A stretch of DNA of 64,000 bases, from NCBI GenBank assembly GCA_036400935.1, contig DASWWW010000003.1, positions 101,083-165,082 of the forward strand, given 5' to 3'. The notes below the pieces were generated by a model that worked only from the letters and a program-made list of their open reading frames with translations, was not told the DNA's origin and ran no database searches. Source of the stretch: Minisyncoccota bacterium. GTDB taxonomy: Bacteria > Patescibacteriota > Minisyncoccia > Phycocordibacterales > UBA6065. Below, piece by piece: positions 18,625-28,163 of the stretch. The translations under genes and the position numbers were made by a program. Positions within the stretch are counted from its first letter, which is position 1. The number at the start of each line of letters is the position of its first letter.

Positions 18625-21117
18625 ATGGCCACATTCCTTACGAAAATTTTCGGAGATCAGAATAAGCGAGATTTGAAGCCTTTTGAAGCACTAGTACCGA
18701 AGATTAATGGGTTCGAGCAGGCTCTTTCGGCACTTTCTAACGAGCAGCTCAAAGGAAAGACTGCCGAATTCAAGGAACGCCTGTCCAAGGGCGAGTCCCT
18801 CGATGATTTGCTTCCTGAAGCCTTTGCCGTCGTCCGCGAGGCGTCCAAGCGAACCCTCAATCAGCGCCATTTCGACGTGCAGATGATCGGAGGCGCGATC
18901 CTCCATCACTCAGGCATCGCCGAGATGCGAACCGGGGAGGGAAAGACCCTCGTAGCGACCCTGCCCGCATATCTCAACGCTCTTTCAGGAAAGGGCGTTC
19001 ATGTCGTTACCGTCAACGACTACCTCTCGCGACGAGACGCGGCATGGATGGGCCAGGTCTACGATTTCCTCGGCCTTACCTGCGCCGTCATCAATCACGA
19101 CACCGCGTATCTCTATGACCCAAAGCATACGGAGGCAGACGCGAATCGCGACGAGAACGGCTCGTTCAAGGTCGCGTACGAATTCCTCAAGCCGTGCTCT
19201 CGCAAGGAGGCGTACGTCGCCGATATCACCTACGGAACCAACCAGGAGTTTGGTTTTGATTATCTCCGAGACAATCTCGAGTACTCTCCTGAAAATCTCC
19301 GCCAGCGCGAGTGGAATTTCGCCATCGTGGACGAGGTGGACTCGATCCTCATCGACGAGGCTCGAACTCCGCTCATCATTTCTGCGGCAACGTCCGATTC
19401 TGAGGACTTTTACAAGATGTTCGCCAAGATCGCCGACACTCTCGCCCCTGAGGTCGATTACAAGATCGACGAGAAGCGAAAGGCAATCACTCTCACCGAT
19501 TCCGGCATTACCAAGGCCGAGAAGGCACTTAATGTCGACAATATCTACACCGATCGCGGTGTAAAATACGTCCATCACCTCGAGACCGCCGTTCGAGCGA
19601 AGGCGCTTTTCCATAAGGACAAGGAGTACGTCGTGCGCGAGAATGAGGTAATCATCGTCGATGAATTTACCGGACGACTCCAGCCGGGACGACGCTGGTC
19701 AGAAGGCTTGCATCAGGCCGTCGAGGCCAAGGAAGGCGCGACTATCCAGAAGGAGAGCCGCACGTTCGCCTCTATCACGTACCAGAACTTCTTCCGCCTT
19801 TACAAGAAGCTCTCCGGAATGACCGGAACGGCTCTCACGTCGCGCGAGGAATTCTTTAAGGTATACCATCTCAATACAATCGCTATCCCTACGAACCGCG
19901 AGGTCGCCCGAATCGACCGAAACGACCAGATTTTCCAGACTGAGGTGGGCAAGTTCAAGGCGATCGCCAAGAAGGTAAAGGAAGTGAACAAGAAGGGCCA
20001 GCCGGTCCTTATCGGTACGGTTTCGATCGAGAAGAACGAGCTCCTTTCGCAGTACTTGAAGCGTGAAGGCGTCGCCCACGAGGTTCTGAACGCGAAAAAC
20101 CATGAGCGCGAGGGAGAGATCGTCGCCCAGGCGGGACGATTCGGCGCCGTAACCATCGCGACGAACATGGCGGGACGAGGAGTCGACATCAAGCTCGGCG
20201 GCGTCCCTGTATCGGAAGAGGAGACCGCGAAGGTAAAGGCCGCAGGAGGACTGTTCGTGCTCGGTACGGAGCGCCACGAGGCTCGCCGGATCGACAACCA
20301 GCTCCGAGGACGAGCGGGACGACAGGGAGATCCTGGCGAGACGCAGTTCTTCGTATCGCTCGAGGACAGCCTCATGCGCGTATTCGCGACCGACATGGTC
20401 AAGAAGATGATGGGCCGATTCGGCATCGCCGAGGATGAGCCTATCGAGAACGGCATGATCACGCGATCGCTTGAGACCGCCCAGACCCGCATCGAAGGCT
20501 TCAACTTCGACGCCCGAAAGCACGTCCTCGAATACGACGACGTCATGAATCTCCACCGCAAGACCGTATACGACCGACGCCGCAAGATGCTTGTCGGCTC
20601 GGACGAGGACGTCCTCGCCGACTTCATGAGCATCGTCGATACCAACGACGCCGCCATCATGGCAGTCATCGAGTCGAAGAAGCAGCAGCTCGGCGAGAAC
20701 TTCCCGAAGGCTCTCCGACACCTCTTCCTCCAGACTATCGACATGTTCTGGGTCGAGCACCTCGAGGCTATGGACTATCTCCGCTCTTCGGTAAACCTCC
20801 GAGCGTACGGCCAGCGAGATCCTTTCGTAGAGTACAAGAGGGAAGGCCTCCAGCTTTTCAAGACCATGCTCATGTCTATCAATGCGCAGGTCATCAGCCT
20901 TCTCCCTAATTTGGGCGGCGCGGCCGCGGCAGACATGAAGCCTCTCAATACCATTGAGGCGGACGCCAAGGGCATCCTCGGATCTGAGACCGTAGCGTCT
21001 TCGGGCGACAAGCTCGGCCGAAACGAGAAGGTCATCATGGTCCGCGACGGCGTTGAGAAAGAGGTTAAGGCGAAGAAGATCGCCGACCACGAGAAGGACG
21101 GCTGGAAGATCAAATAA
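18625..21117 (+). CDS. secA: Preprotein translocase ATPase SecA
   Basis: N-terminus MATFLTKIFGDQNKRDLK..., Walker A MRTGEGKTLVATLPAYLNAL, DEVDSILIDEARTPLIIS. 830 aa. Confidence 0.95.
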   Translation: MATFLTKIFGDQNKRDLKPFEALVPKINGFEQALSALSNEQLKGKTAEFKERLSKGESLDDLLPEAFAVVREASKRTLNQRHFDVQMIGGAILHHSGIAEMRTGEGKTLVATLPAYLNALSGKGVHVVTVNDYLSRRDAAWMGQVYDFLGLTCAVINHDTAYLYDPKHTEADANRDENGSFKVAYEFLKPCSRKEAYVADITYGTNQEFGFDYLRDNLEYSPENLRQREWNFAIVDEVDSILIDEARTPLIISAATSDSEDFYKMFAKIADTLAPEVDYKIDEKRKAITLTDSGITKAEKALNVDNIYTDRGVKYVHHLETAVRAKALFHKDKEYVVRENEVIIVDEFTGRLQPGRRWSEGLHQAVEAKEGATIQKESRTFASITYQNFFRLYKKLSGMTGTALTSREEFFKVYHLNTIAIPTNREVARIDRNDQIFQTEVGKFKAIAKKVKEVNKKGQPVLIGTVSIEKNELLSQYLKREGVAHEVLNAKNHEREGEIVAQAGRFGAVTIATNMAGRGVDIKLGGVPVSEEETAKVKAAGGLFVLGTERHEARRIDNQLRGRAGRQGDPGETQFFVSLEDSLMRVFATDMVKKMMGRFGIAEDEPIENGMITRSLETAQTRIEGFNFDARKHVLEYDDVMNLHRKTVYDRRRKMLVGSDEDVLADFMSIVDTNDAAIMAVIESKKQQLGENFPKALRHLFLQTIDMFWVEHLEAMDYLRSSVNLRAYGQRDPFVEYKREGLQLFKTMLMSINAQVISLLPNLGGAAAADMKPLNTIEADAKGILGSETVASSGDKLGRNEKVIMVRDGVEKEVKAKKIADHEKDGWKIK

Positions 21118-21120
21118 TTT

Positions 21121-21687
21121 ATGATTGAAGCAATCATCGCGCAATACGGCCTCGTGGCGGTCTTCATTGGAACATTCCTTGAGGGCGAGATCGTAGTTAT
21201 CGCGGGAGGGCTTCTCGCTCGGCTCGAATTCCTTTCGTTGCCGCTCGTATTGATCACGGCATTTTTTGCGACGTTCTTGGGCGACCTGTTCTTCTTTTAC
21301 CTTGGACGCAAGAAGGGAACCGCATTCCTGGAGAAGCGCGGCCGCAAGCACTGGCGAAAGCGAGCGGAGAAGGTCCACGACCTTATTCACAACCATCAGA
21401 ACAAGATCCTCTTCGGCTACCGCTTCCTCTATGGCCTTCGCATCCCTACATTGTTCGCCCTCGGCACATCCGAGCTCTCGACCAAGAAGTTCGTCCTCCT
21501 CAATATCCTGAATTCAATCGTCTGGTCGGCTATTTTTGTACTCGGCGGCTATTTCTTCGGCGATCTCTTTACTCTTATCATCGACAACATCCATTCGTAC
21601 GAGAAGAATCTTCTCATCGGCATAGGCATCGTGGCGGTCATCGTGTGGGTGTGGTCGCTTATCAAGAATAGGGAAGAATACAACTAA
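21121..21687 (+). CDS. DedA-family (SNARE-associated/TVP38) membrane protein
   Basis: N-terminal FIGTFLEGEIVVIAGGLLA re-entrant motif characteristic of DedA proteins. Confidence 0.8.
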   Translation: MIEAIIAQYGLVAVFIGTFLEGEIVVIAGGLLARLEFLSLPLVLITAFFATFLGDLFFFYLGRKKGTAFLEKRGRKHWRKRAEKVHDLIHNHQNKILFGYRFLYGLRIPTLFALGTSELSTKKFVLLNILNSIVWSAIFVLGGYFFGDLFTLIIDNIHSYEKNLLIGIGIVAVIVWVWSLIKNREEYN

Positions 21688-21791
21688 GGGAGCCGCCTGC
21701 TTTTATCCGGGCACGCATATCCGCCTGCTGGCGGATTACTCCGCTCGGCCCGTCAGCCTGCGCGAGGCCCGAATAAAAGCATGCGGCTCCC
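21688..21791. repeat. 104-nt structured element with 18-bp inverted terminal arms (GGGAGCCGCCTGCTTTTA / TAAAAGCATGCGGCTCCC, 1 mismatch) and nested hairpins; terminator-like or MITE-like
   Basis: Directly after the dedA-like stop. Internal sub-hairpins TCCGCC-tgct-GGCGGA and CCGGGC...GCCCG. The motif CCGCCTGCT occurs twice. Confidence 0.5.
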
Positions 21792-21807
21792 CTGTGTCTC
21801 GTATAAT

Positions 21808-21836
21808 TTGACTTTAACTTATAAATAAAGTATAAT
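21808..21836 (+). promoter_or_regulatory. Consensus sigma70-type promoter TTGACT-17-TATAAT
   Basis: TTGACT (21808-21813), 17-nt spacer, TATAAT (21831-21836), in an AT-rich stretch upstream of the 21874/21957 ORF. Confidence 0.6.
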
Positions 21837-21956
21837 CATATATTAAGAATAAGCTCCTTGAATACGGTGTTGGTTGAGTTTGGAAGGAAAGAGGCAATCT
21901 GCCGTCTTTCTGGCCTCGGGCCAAGCGGATTGTTATTTTCCCACTAAACTCAACAT

Positions 21957-22725
21957 GAATGCTATTGCTTCCGATAAAGTCGTTACTGAACAAGGTGCAG
22001 ACGCGATCTACTACTTCTTTTCTGTCCCGTCCCATTACGGGGAGCGCGAACTGAAGGCGTTGGATCTCGAGCTGAACGAGAGGGCTTGTGCAGCGATCTC
22101 GCAGGATTACTCCCGCGGCATCTGGTCGTACAAGCCGGATGGCCTCGGTCTGTACGAGGCGCGCCAGCTCCAGAACCTCATGATGGGCCGTGTCGCTGCC
22201 AAGGTCGCCTTCACGAATCACCGCGTTACGCTTGTCCGCAAGGAGTTTCATTCCAACACGGGCGCCATGACGACGGAGGTATGTCTGCCAGTTAGCAGCC
22301 TCGGACGCCTCTACGTCGATCGCTCGCGCGACACGCTGTCGATGCTTACTATTTCCGGTCGCGAGGTGCGGATCGTGGATGATTCCATTCTCGACGACGC
22401 ACCGCATGGCGAAGGCGAGACGGTCGAGGTGCTCGCCTTTGAGGTCGGCGGACACTCTCAGTTAACCCACGAGCGGATCAGTCGCGAGTACGACATTCGC
22501 GGCCTTTATCCGGCGGATCCTCACTCGCTCGCGGCAGCAACCGAGTCGTCCTCGGCTAACGGGCCGCGACCGCGTTCGGTCGCGACGCACTGGATCGATC
22601 CAAAGAGCGGGCAATGGTGCCGCCTGATCGTCAGCCAAGAGCATGGCGTGAGCGCTGGCCGTACCCACGGCACTGGCATTCATTCCAGCTTTTGGCTCGC
22701 GGGCATCGCCAAAGAACGGCGGTAA
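21957..22725 (+). CDS. Hypothetical protein (about 256 aa from ATG 21957; the track ORF begins at TTG 21874)
   Basis: Long ORF with a consensus promoter upstream and a terminator downstream on the + strand. No recognisable domain. Confidence 0.5.
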
Positions 22726-22765
22726 TCCGCTCGAGTTGCAAGACTCGCGTAAAACTTCGCAAAGT

Positions 22766-22793
22766 CCGCGTCCTTGATGGCGCGGCTTTTTTA
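22766..22793 (+). terminator. Rho-independent terminator
   Basis: CCGCG-tccttgatgg-CGCGG followed by CTTTTTTAT. Confidence 0.5.
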
Positions 22794-22844
22794 TATCTTG
22801 ATTTTTGACATTTGCCCGTGGCGGGTGTTTCATAAAGGCACAGG

Positions 22845-23357
22845 TTGATCTTCGATTTTTTTATGCAAACTCTGATTGCTTTTCAGTCAGTTGCTACCGC
22901 GACTGCTGCTGCAGTCACGTCGCTTGTGGAAATTCCACAAGAGTTCGCCAGGAAAAACATCATCCATAGGGATTTTTGCCTGCTCGTGCTTGCCGGCACG
23001 AACAGCGCCCTGATCGTTAAGAGGCCTCAGGTGAAGACATGCTGCCACAAGGACGTACTATGCATTTCTCTCGTGGGCAGCGTCGTCAGGCGCAATGAGA
23101 TGATCGAGCAGGGCTGCTCCGAGTGCCTCATGCGCGCGGGCGGATTCGCGAGCTTTGATGAGTTCGACGGCTGGCTCGGTCAGATAGCAAAGGCCATCGG
23201 CGTATCCAAGATTTACCGGTCACGCGGCAGATCCGAGATTCCCCCGGGACTCCCGCGTTCGGACGCTTGGCATGTTACCGAGTCGCCTTCGAAAATGGAT
23301 CGATGGATGACTGTCCGTATTAGCTCCACGGATGTACGGCAAAGGCCGCCTAATTGA
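22845..23357 (+). CDS. Hypothetical Cys-rich protein (about 164-170 aa; TTG 22845 or ATG 22864 start)
   Basis: ORF between two + strand terminators. Contains CCHKDVLC and CSEC motifs. A TTGACA (22805-22810) lies upstream. Confidence 0.45.
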   Translation: MIFDFFMQTLIAFQSVATATAAAVTSLVEIPQEFARKNIIHRDFCLLVLAGTNSALIVKRPQVKTCCHKDVLCISLVGSVVRRNEMIEQGCSECLMRAGGFASFDEFDGWLGQIAKAIGVSKIYRSRGRSEIPPGLPRSDAWHVTESPSKMDRWMTVRISSTDVRQRPPN

Positions 23358-23372
23358 GGCGGCCTTTTTATT
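23343..23372 (+). terminator. Rho-independent terminator
   Basis: AGGCCGCC-taattga-GGCGGCCT followed by TTTTTA. Overlaps the stop of the preceding ORF. Confidence 0.6.
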
Positions 23373-23388
23373 TGGGGATATCGGTTGT

Positions 23389-24903
23389 CTACTTCACCAG
23401 AATCTTGCCCGTCATACCCTTCGGCTTCTTGATATCGAGCAGCGCGAGAACGGTAGGGGCGATGTCCGCAAGGCCGCCGGCATTGAACTCGATGCCCTTG
23501 GCGGTAATGATCGCCGGCACGGGATTGATCGTATGGGCGGTGTGCTTTTCGCCCGTTACAGGGTCTACGTTCACTTCGGCGTTTCCGTGATCGGCCGTGA
23601 CGAATGCCACGCCCCCACGAGCCTCCAGGGCCTCCAGGACGCGTCGCAGGTTGGTATCGACGGTCTCGACAGCCTTCACGATAGCCGGCACATTCGCTGT
23701 GTGTCCGACCATGTCGGGATTGGCGAAGTTTATGAAGATGAAGTTGGTTCCGGCGTTAATCTCCTCGATGGCCTTGTCCGCGATAGCTTCAGCGCGCATC
23801 TCGGGAGCGAGGTCGTGCGTCTTTACGTCCTTGCGCGAGTCGAGGAGGATGTGCTTCTCGCCCGGATAGAGCTTTTCGATGCCTCCGTTGAGGAAGTACG
23901 TCGCGTGCGGGAACTTCTCGGTCTCGGCGATGTGCGCCTGAGTGAGGCCGGCCGCGGAAACTTCCTTGGCGATCGTCGTATCGATGACGCGGGGAGGGAA
24001 GGCGATGTCGCATTTGAAGCTCTTGTCGTATTCGGTGAGGGTGACAAATACGATGTTGTCCTTCTCTGCCTTCTCGATCATCTTCTTCGAGATCATGCGC
24101 GCGCGATCGGCGCGGAAATTGAAGAAGAGAACGGCATCGTTCTTCTGGATGGGGTAGCTCTTGCCGTTCTTGTCGAGAAAGACGACCGGCTCGAGGTGCT
24201 CGTCCAAGATTCCGTCCATATGGAGGCGAGAAATGACTTCGGAAGGGATATCTCCCGGTTTGCAGACGTTTCCTTTGCATTCAAAGAGGGCCGCCTCGGC
24301 GCGTGCTACGCGGTCCCAGTTGTTGTCGCGGTCCATGGCGTAAAATCGGCCGGTCGCCGTGGCGATGAAGCCCCCGCCGATCTTCTCGAGGTCAGACTCG
24401 AGCTCGCGCAGGAACTGTGCCGAAGACTGAGGGGCCGTATCGCGCCCGTCGGTATAGACATGGATGGCGATAGTCTGGATGCCTGCGTCCTTTGCTGCCT
24501 TTACGAAGGCGACGAGGTGATCCTGGTGGGCGTGCACTCCGCCGTTTCCAAGCAGACCTTTTACGTGGAGGACGGAGTTATTCTTTTTGACGTGATCGAA
24601 AGCCTTTGTGAAAGCCGGAATCTTGGCAAAATCGCCGCTCTTGATCGATTTGGCGATGCGGACAAGGTCGGTGTCGATAACGGTGCCCGCGCCGATGGTC
24701 GTATGGCCGATCTCGCTGTTGCCCATCTGGCCGTCAGGAAGGCCCACGTCGAGCCCAGAGGCTTGGAGGAGGGTGTGAGGGTACTCTTTCCATATCTTGT
24801 CGAAGAAGGGCTTCTTGGCGGATGCGACGGCGTTATGGCTCGCGTCCTCGCGATGACCCCAGCCGTCGAGCACTATTAGTACCGCTTGTTTGAATGTTTT
24901 CAT
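23389..24903 (-). CDS. gpmI: 2,3-bisphosphoglycerate-independent phosphoglycerate mutase
   Basis: MKTFKQAVLIVLDGWGHRED...NSEIGHTTIGAG...; C-terminal metal-binding domain TADHGNAE. Start taken at MKTFKQ (24903), not the upstream in-frame ATG. Confidence 0.92.
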   Translation of the reverse strand: MKTFKQAVLIVLDGWGHREDASHNAVASAKKPFFDKIWKEYPHTLLQASGLDVGLPDGQMGNSEIGHTTIGAGTVIDTDLVRIAKSIKSGDFAKIPAFTKAFDHVKKNNSVLHVKGLLGNGGVHAHQDHLVAFVKAAKDAGIQTIAIHVYTDGRDTAPQSSAQFLRELESDLEKIGGGFIATATGRFYAMDRDNNWDRVARAEAALFECKGNVCKPGDIPSEVISRLHMDGILDEHLEPVVFLDKNGKSYPIQKNDAVLFFNFRADRARMISKKMIEKAEKDNIVFVTLTEYDKSFKCDIAFPPRVIDTTIAKEVSAAGLTQAHIAETEKFPHATYFLNGGIEKLYPGEKHILLDSRKDVKTHDLAPEMRAEAIADKAIEEINAGTNFIFINFANPDMVGHTANVPAIVKAVETVDTNLRRVLEALEARGGVAFVTADHGNAEVNVDPVTGEKHTAHTINPVPAIITAKGIEFNAGGLADIAPTVLALLDIKKPKGMTGKILVK

Positions 24904-24939
24904 ACGCGTTATTGTACAGAAAGTTATGCCCATGCGTCA

Positions 24940-24968
24940 TTGACGATGGCTTTTGCGAGTTGTAGTAT
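24940..24968 (+). promoter_or_regulatory. Sigma70-like promoter TTGACG-17-TAGTAT
   Basis: TTGACG (24940-24945), 17-nt spacer, TAGTAT (24963-24968). Sits between the gpmI start and the small + strand unit. Confidence 0.5.
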
Positions 24969-25036
24969 CTATATCCGGTTAGTCTAACTGTCGGAATATT
25001 CCAAAGTGTTCAGGAATTCAACAAGGAGATCCTTCC

Positions 25037-25249
25037 ATGCCAGCTCGTAGCGGTTTCAGCAGCAAGAACGACAAATCTGCCCCTAGCAGTCCGCAGCAAT
25101 TCCCAGACAAGATCCCTAACCCGCCGGTGCTTCTCAGGCGGGGTATGTGTTCTCGCAGCTCCCGTCCGATTTTTGCGGACGACATTGGTTCGGGAGCCGG
25201 TGTCCGTACGGATCATGGTCGCTATATGGACAGGGTGACTCGCCGGTAG
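25037..25249 (+). CDS. Small ORF (70 aa, Ser/Pro/Arg-rich) preceded by AAGGAG; alternatively part of an ~320-nt sRNA
   Basis: AAGGAG (25023-25028) is 8 nt upstream of the ATG, and SD motifs are otherwise rare in this window. Bounded by a promoter and terminator on the + strand, convergent with eno. Confidence 0.35.
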   Translation: MPARSGFSSKNDKSAPSSPQQFPDKIPNPPVLLRRGMCSRSSRPIFADDIGSGAGVRTDHGRYMDRVTRR

Positions 25250-25264
25250 CTAATACCGATACGT

Positions 25265-25293
25265 GGCCGCCATCACTGATGGTGGCTTTTTTA
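25265..25293 (+). terminator. Rho-independent terminator for the small + strand unit
   Basis: GGCCGCCATCA-ctg-TGATGGTGGC followed by TTTTTT. Confidence 0.6.
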
Positions 25294-25324
25294 TAAACGA
25301 AAGCCGCGCCCGAAGGGCGCGGCT
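25287..25324 (-). terminator. Rho-independent terminator of eno
   Basis: AGCCGCGCCC-gaa-GGGCGCGGCT (10-bp stem). A T-rich tract follows on the minus strand. Confidence 0.6.
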
Positions 25325-25338
25325 TGATTCGCTAGGCT

Positions 25339-26643
<1,305 letters not shown>

Positions 26644-26712
26644 TTAATAGTGCGTGTAGCATTATATACGTTTCCACGGTTTAGGGAATATGGACATGCT
26701 ATACTTTTTCAT

Positions 26713-27042
26713 ATGAAAATTATCGTCAAAATTGTCATAGTCGCTCTCGCAATCATGGGCCTTCCGCGGTTCGTTCCAGGCGTCGCCGTGGCTGGTTTCT
26801 ATTACGCGCTGATCGCGGCCCTCGCCATAGGAGCAATCAATCTCCTGATCAAGCCTTTGATCAGCCTCGTTACGCTTCCGATCAATATCTTTACGCTCGG
26901 CCTGTTCGGGCTCCTCGTCAACGGGGGATTGCTGTGGCTCGTCGCTCTCTACGTGCCGGGCTTCTCGATCGACGGCTACTTGCCGGCGTTCATAGGCGCT
27001 TTGGCTATCGCTCTGATCAATTGGGTTATTTCTAAGTTTTAG
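26713..27042 (+). CDS. Phage_holin_4_2/DUF360-type 4-TM small membrane protein
   Basis: ATG at 26713 (MKIIVKIVIVALAIMGL...). Duplicated PGF/GF-x-I-DG motifs (FVPGVAVAGF..., YVPGFSIDGY...) typical of the family. Confidence 0.65.
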   Translation: MKIIVKIVIVALAIMGLPRFVPGVAVAGFYYALIAALAIGAINLLIKPLISLVTLPINIFTLGLFGLLVNGGLLWLVALYVPGFSIDGYLPAFIGALAIALINWVISKF

Positions 27043-27073
27043 TTGAGAGCATTCAGCGGGAACCGAATCTTTG

Positions 27074-27385
27074 CTATGAGGGCAAATTGAAGTCGAATAA
27101 GACTTCGGAGCCATTTGGTACCGATTCGATAAATTCCCCCGGTACCTCAAGACACTCTCTTCGGTTTTGCTTGTGCAGTCTGTTTATCTCTCTGTCCGTC
27201 GCTGGTAGACAGAGGCCTTCCATACCGTAGTAGACAAAGCCGTCTTTTATCCAGCACGTCTCTCTCGTTACAGCCTCTTCTTTCATTGTTTCCAAAACTT
27301 GCGCTTTCTCATGAATAAGAGAAAGGCACCATGATCTCCACTGTGCTTCTCGACCCTCTTTGACCTTGAATTTTTTATATTTCAT
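27074..27385 (-). CDS. Hypothetical protein (103 aa)
   Basis: ORF MKYKKFKVKEGREAQWRSW... No recognisable family. Confidence 0.4.
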   Translation of the reverse strand: MKYKKFKVKEGREAQWRSWCLSLIHEKAQVLETMKEEAVTRETCWIKDGFVYYGMEGLCLPATDREINRLHKQNRRECLEVPGEFIESVPNGSEVLFDFNLPS

Positions 27386-27390
27386 ATGAT

Positions 27391-27420
27391 TAATTAAAAA
27401 GAGACGGAAATTTCCGTCTC
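27391..27420 (-). terminator. Rho-independent terminator (perfect 7-bp hairpin plus T-tract on the minus strand)
   Basis: GAGACGG-aaattt-CCGTCTC; its reverse complement is followed by TTTTTAATTA. Lies immediately downstream of the 27444..27974 gene. Confidence 0.6.
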
Positions 27421-27443
27421 ATGTAAATCGCGTGTGCGATTGC

Positions 27444-27974
27444 CTAGGCGGTGCAGGCTTCCTCTTGAGCTGCTCCGGTGCGCAAATGCCGAGGGCACTG
27501 GCCGACCTGGCAGCCGCACGACCAACAGATTTGGGCGGATTCCTTGGGCCACCAGGCCGCAGGGGGTTCGCCGAAGAGCTGCCGGTAGCACTCGAGGGTG
27601 CCTTGGAAGTATTCCGATTCCAAAGCGGCGCGCTCTTCTTCCGAAGGGGTCGGAATGTGATGAAGGTAATTGCAGCCGACGATCTCGGACGCCTTGTGGT
27701 ATTCGTAGGTGAAGAGTATGTGGACATGCCACATGTCATCCACTGCATTGGAGATCGGGAAGGCCCTGTCGGGAAAGGCGATCGACAAGCACAGGAAGCG
27801 CTTGTATTCGAGCTCCATTTTCTCCACCTGTTCGGGGTTGAATTTCTGACGAAGAGTCATAAACGTTCTGACTCTGGTGAAATCGAGGACCATGAGGCGC
27901 TCGATGCGATCAACGACGTCGGCAGAGAGCGCGATAGTGCAAGCGCTTAACGCCGGGTGGCTTATTGCATTCAT
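27444..27974 (-). CDS. Hypothetical protein with a DxxWHxHxL motif (possibly DUF1399/GRDP-like) and a C-terminal Cys cluster
   Basis: Contains AVDDMWHVHILFTYEY and the C-terminal CWSCGCQVGQCPRHL. Has its own terminator. Chosen over the antisense 27432..27950 ORF. Confidence 0.5.
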   Translation of the reverse strand: MNAISHPALSACTIALSADVVDRIERLMVLDFTRVRTFMTLRQKFNPEQVEKMELEYKRFLCLSIAFPDRAFPISNAVDDMWHVHILFTYEYHKASEIVGCNYLHHIPTPSEEERAALESEYFQGTLECYRQLFGEPPAAWWPKESAQICWSCGCQVGQCPRHLRTGAAQEEACTA

Positions 27975-28163
27975 GTTTTTTGTGTACTGACCGGTGGACC
28001 AGATGGATCGATTAAGAGATCGGGCGATTCTCTATAAAAGATCTAGCCCAAAAGAACTTTATCATAATGTAGTGTCGGTGCAATGGGTGAGTAAGATATT
28101 TGACTTGCCTCTATCTTTATATCGAAATATAGGGTATATTGAGTGCCTAACACCAAATCTATG

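Noticed and set aside
19699-21396. 565-aa and 314-aa minus-strand ORFs antisense to secA
   Set aside because: secA identity on the + strand is unambiguous; the antisense translations are Arg/Leu/Asp-rich with no motifs.
21814-22455. 213-aa minus-strand ORF as an alternative to the + strand hypothetical gene
   Set aside because: The + strand has a consensus promoter upstream and a terminator downstream, and is the longer ORF; the minus-strand frame lacks any signals.
23332-24879. 515-aa + strand ORF antisense to gpmI
   Set aside because: gpmI on the minus strand has full-length conserved motifs; the antisense frame is a GC-rich artefact.
27432-27950. 172-aa + strand ORF overlapping the WHxH-motif gene
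   Set aside because: The minus-strand frame carries a conserved-looking WHxH motif and a matching terminator; the + frame is Gly/Arg-rich with no features.
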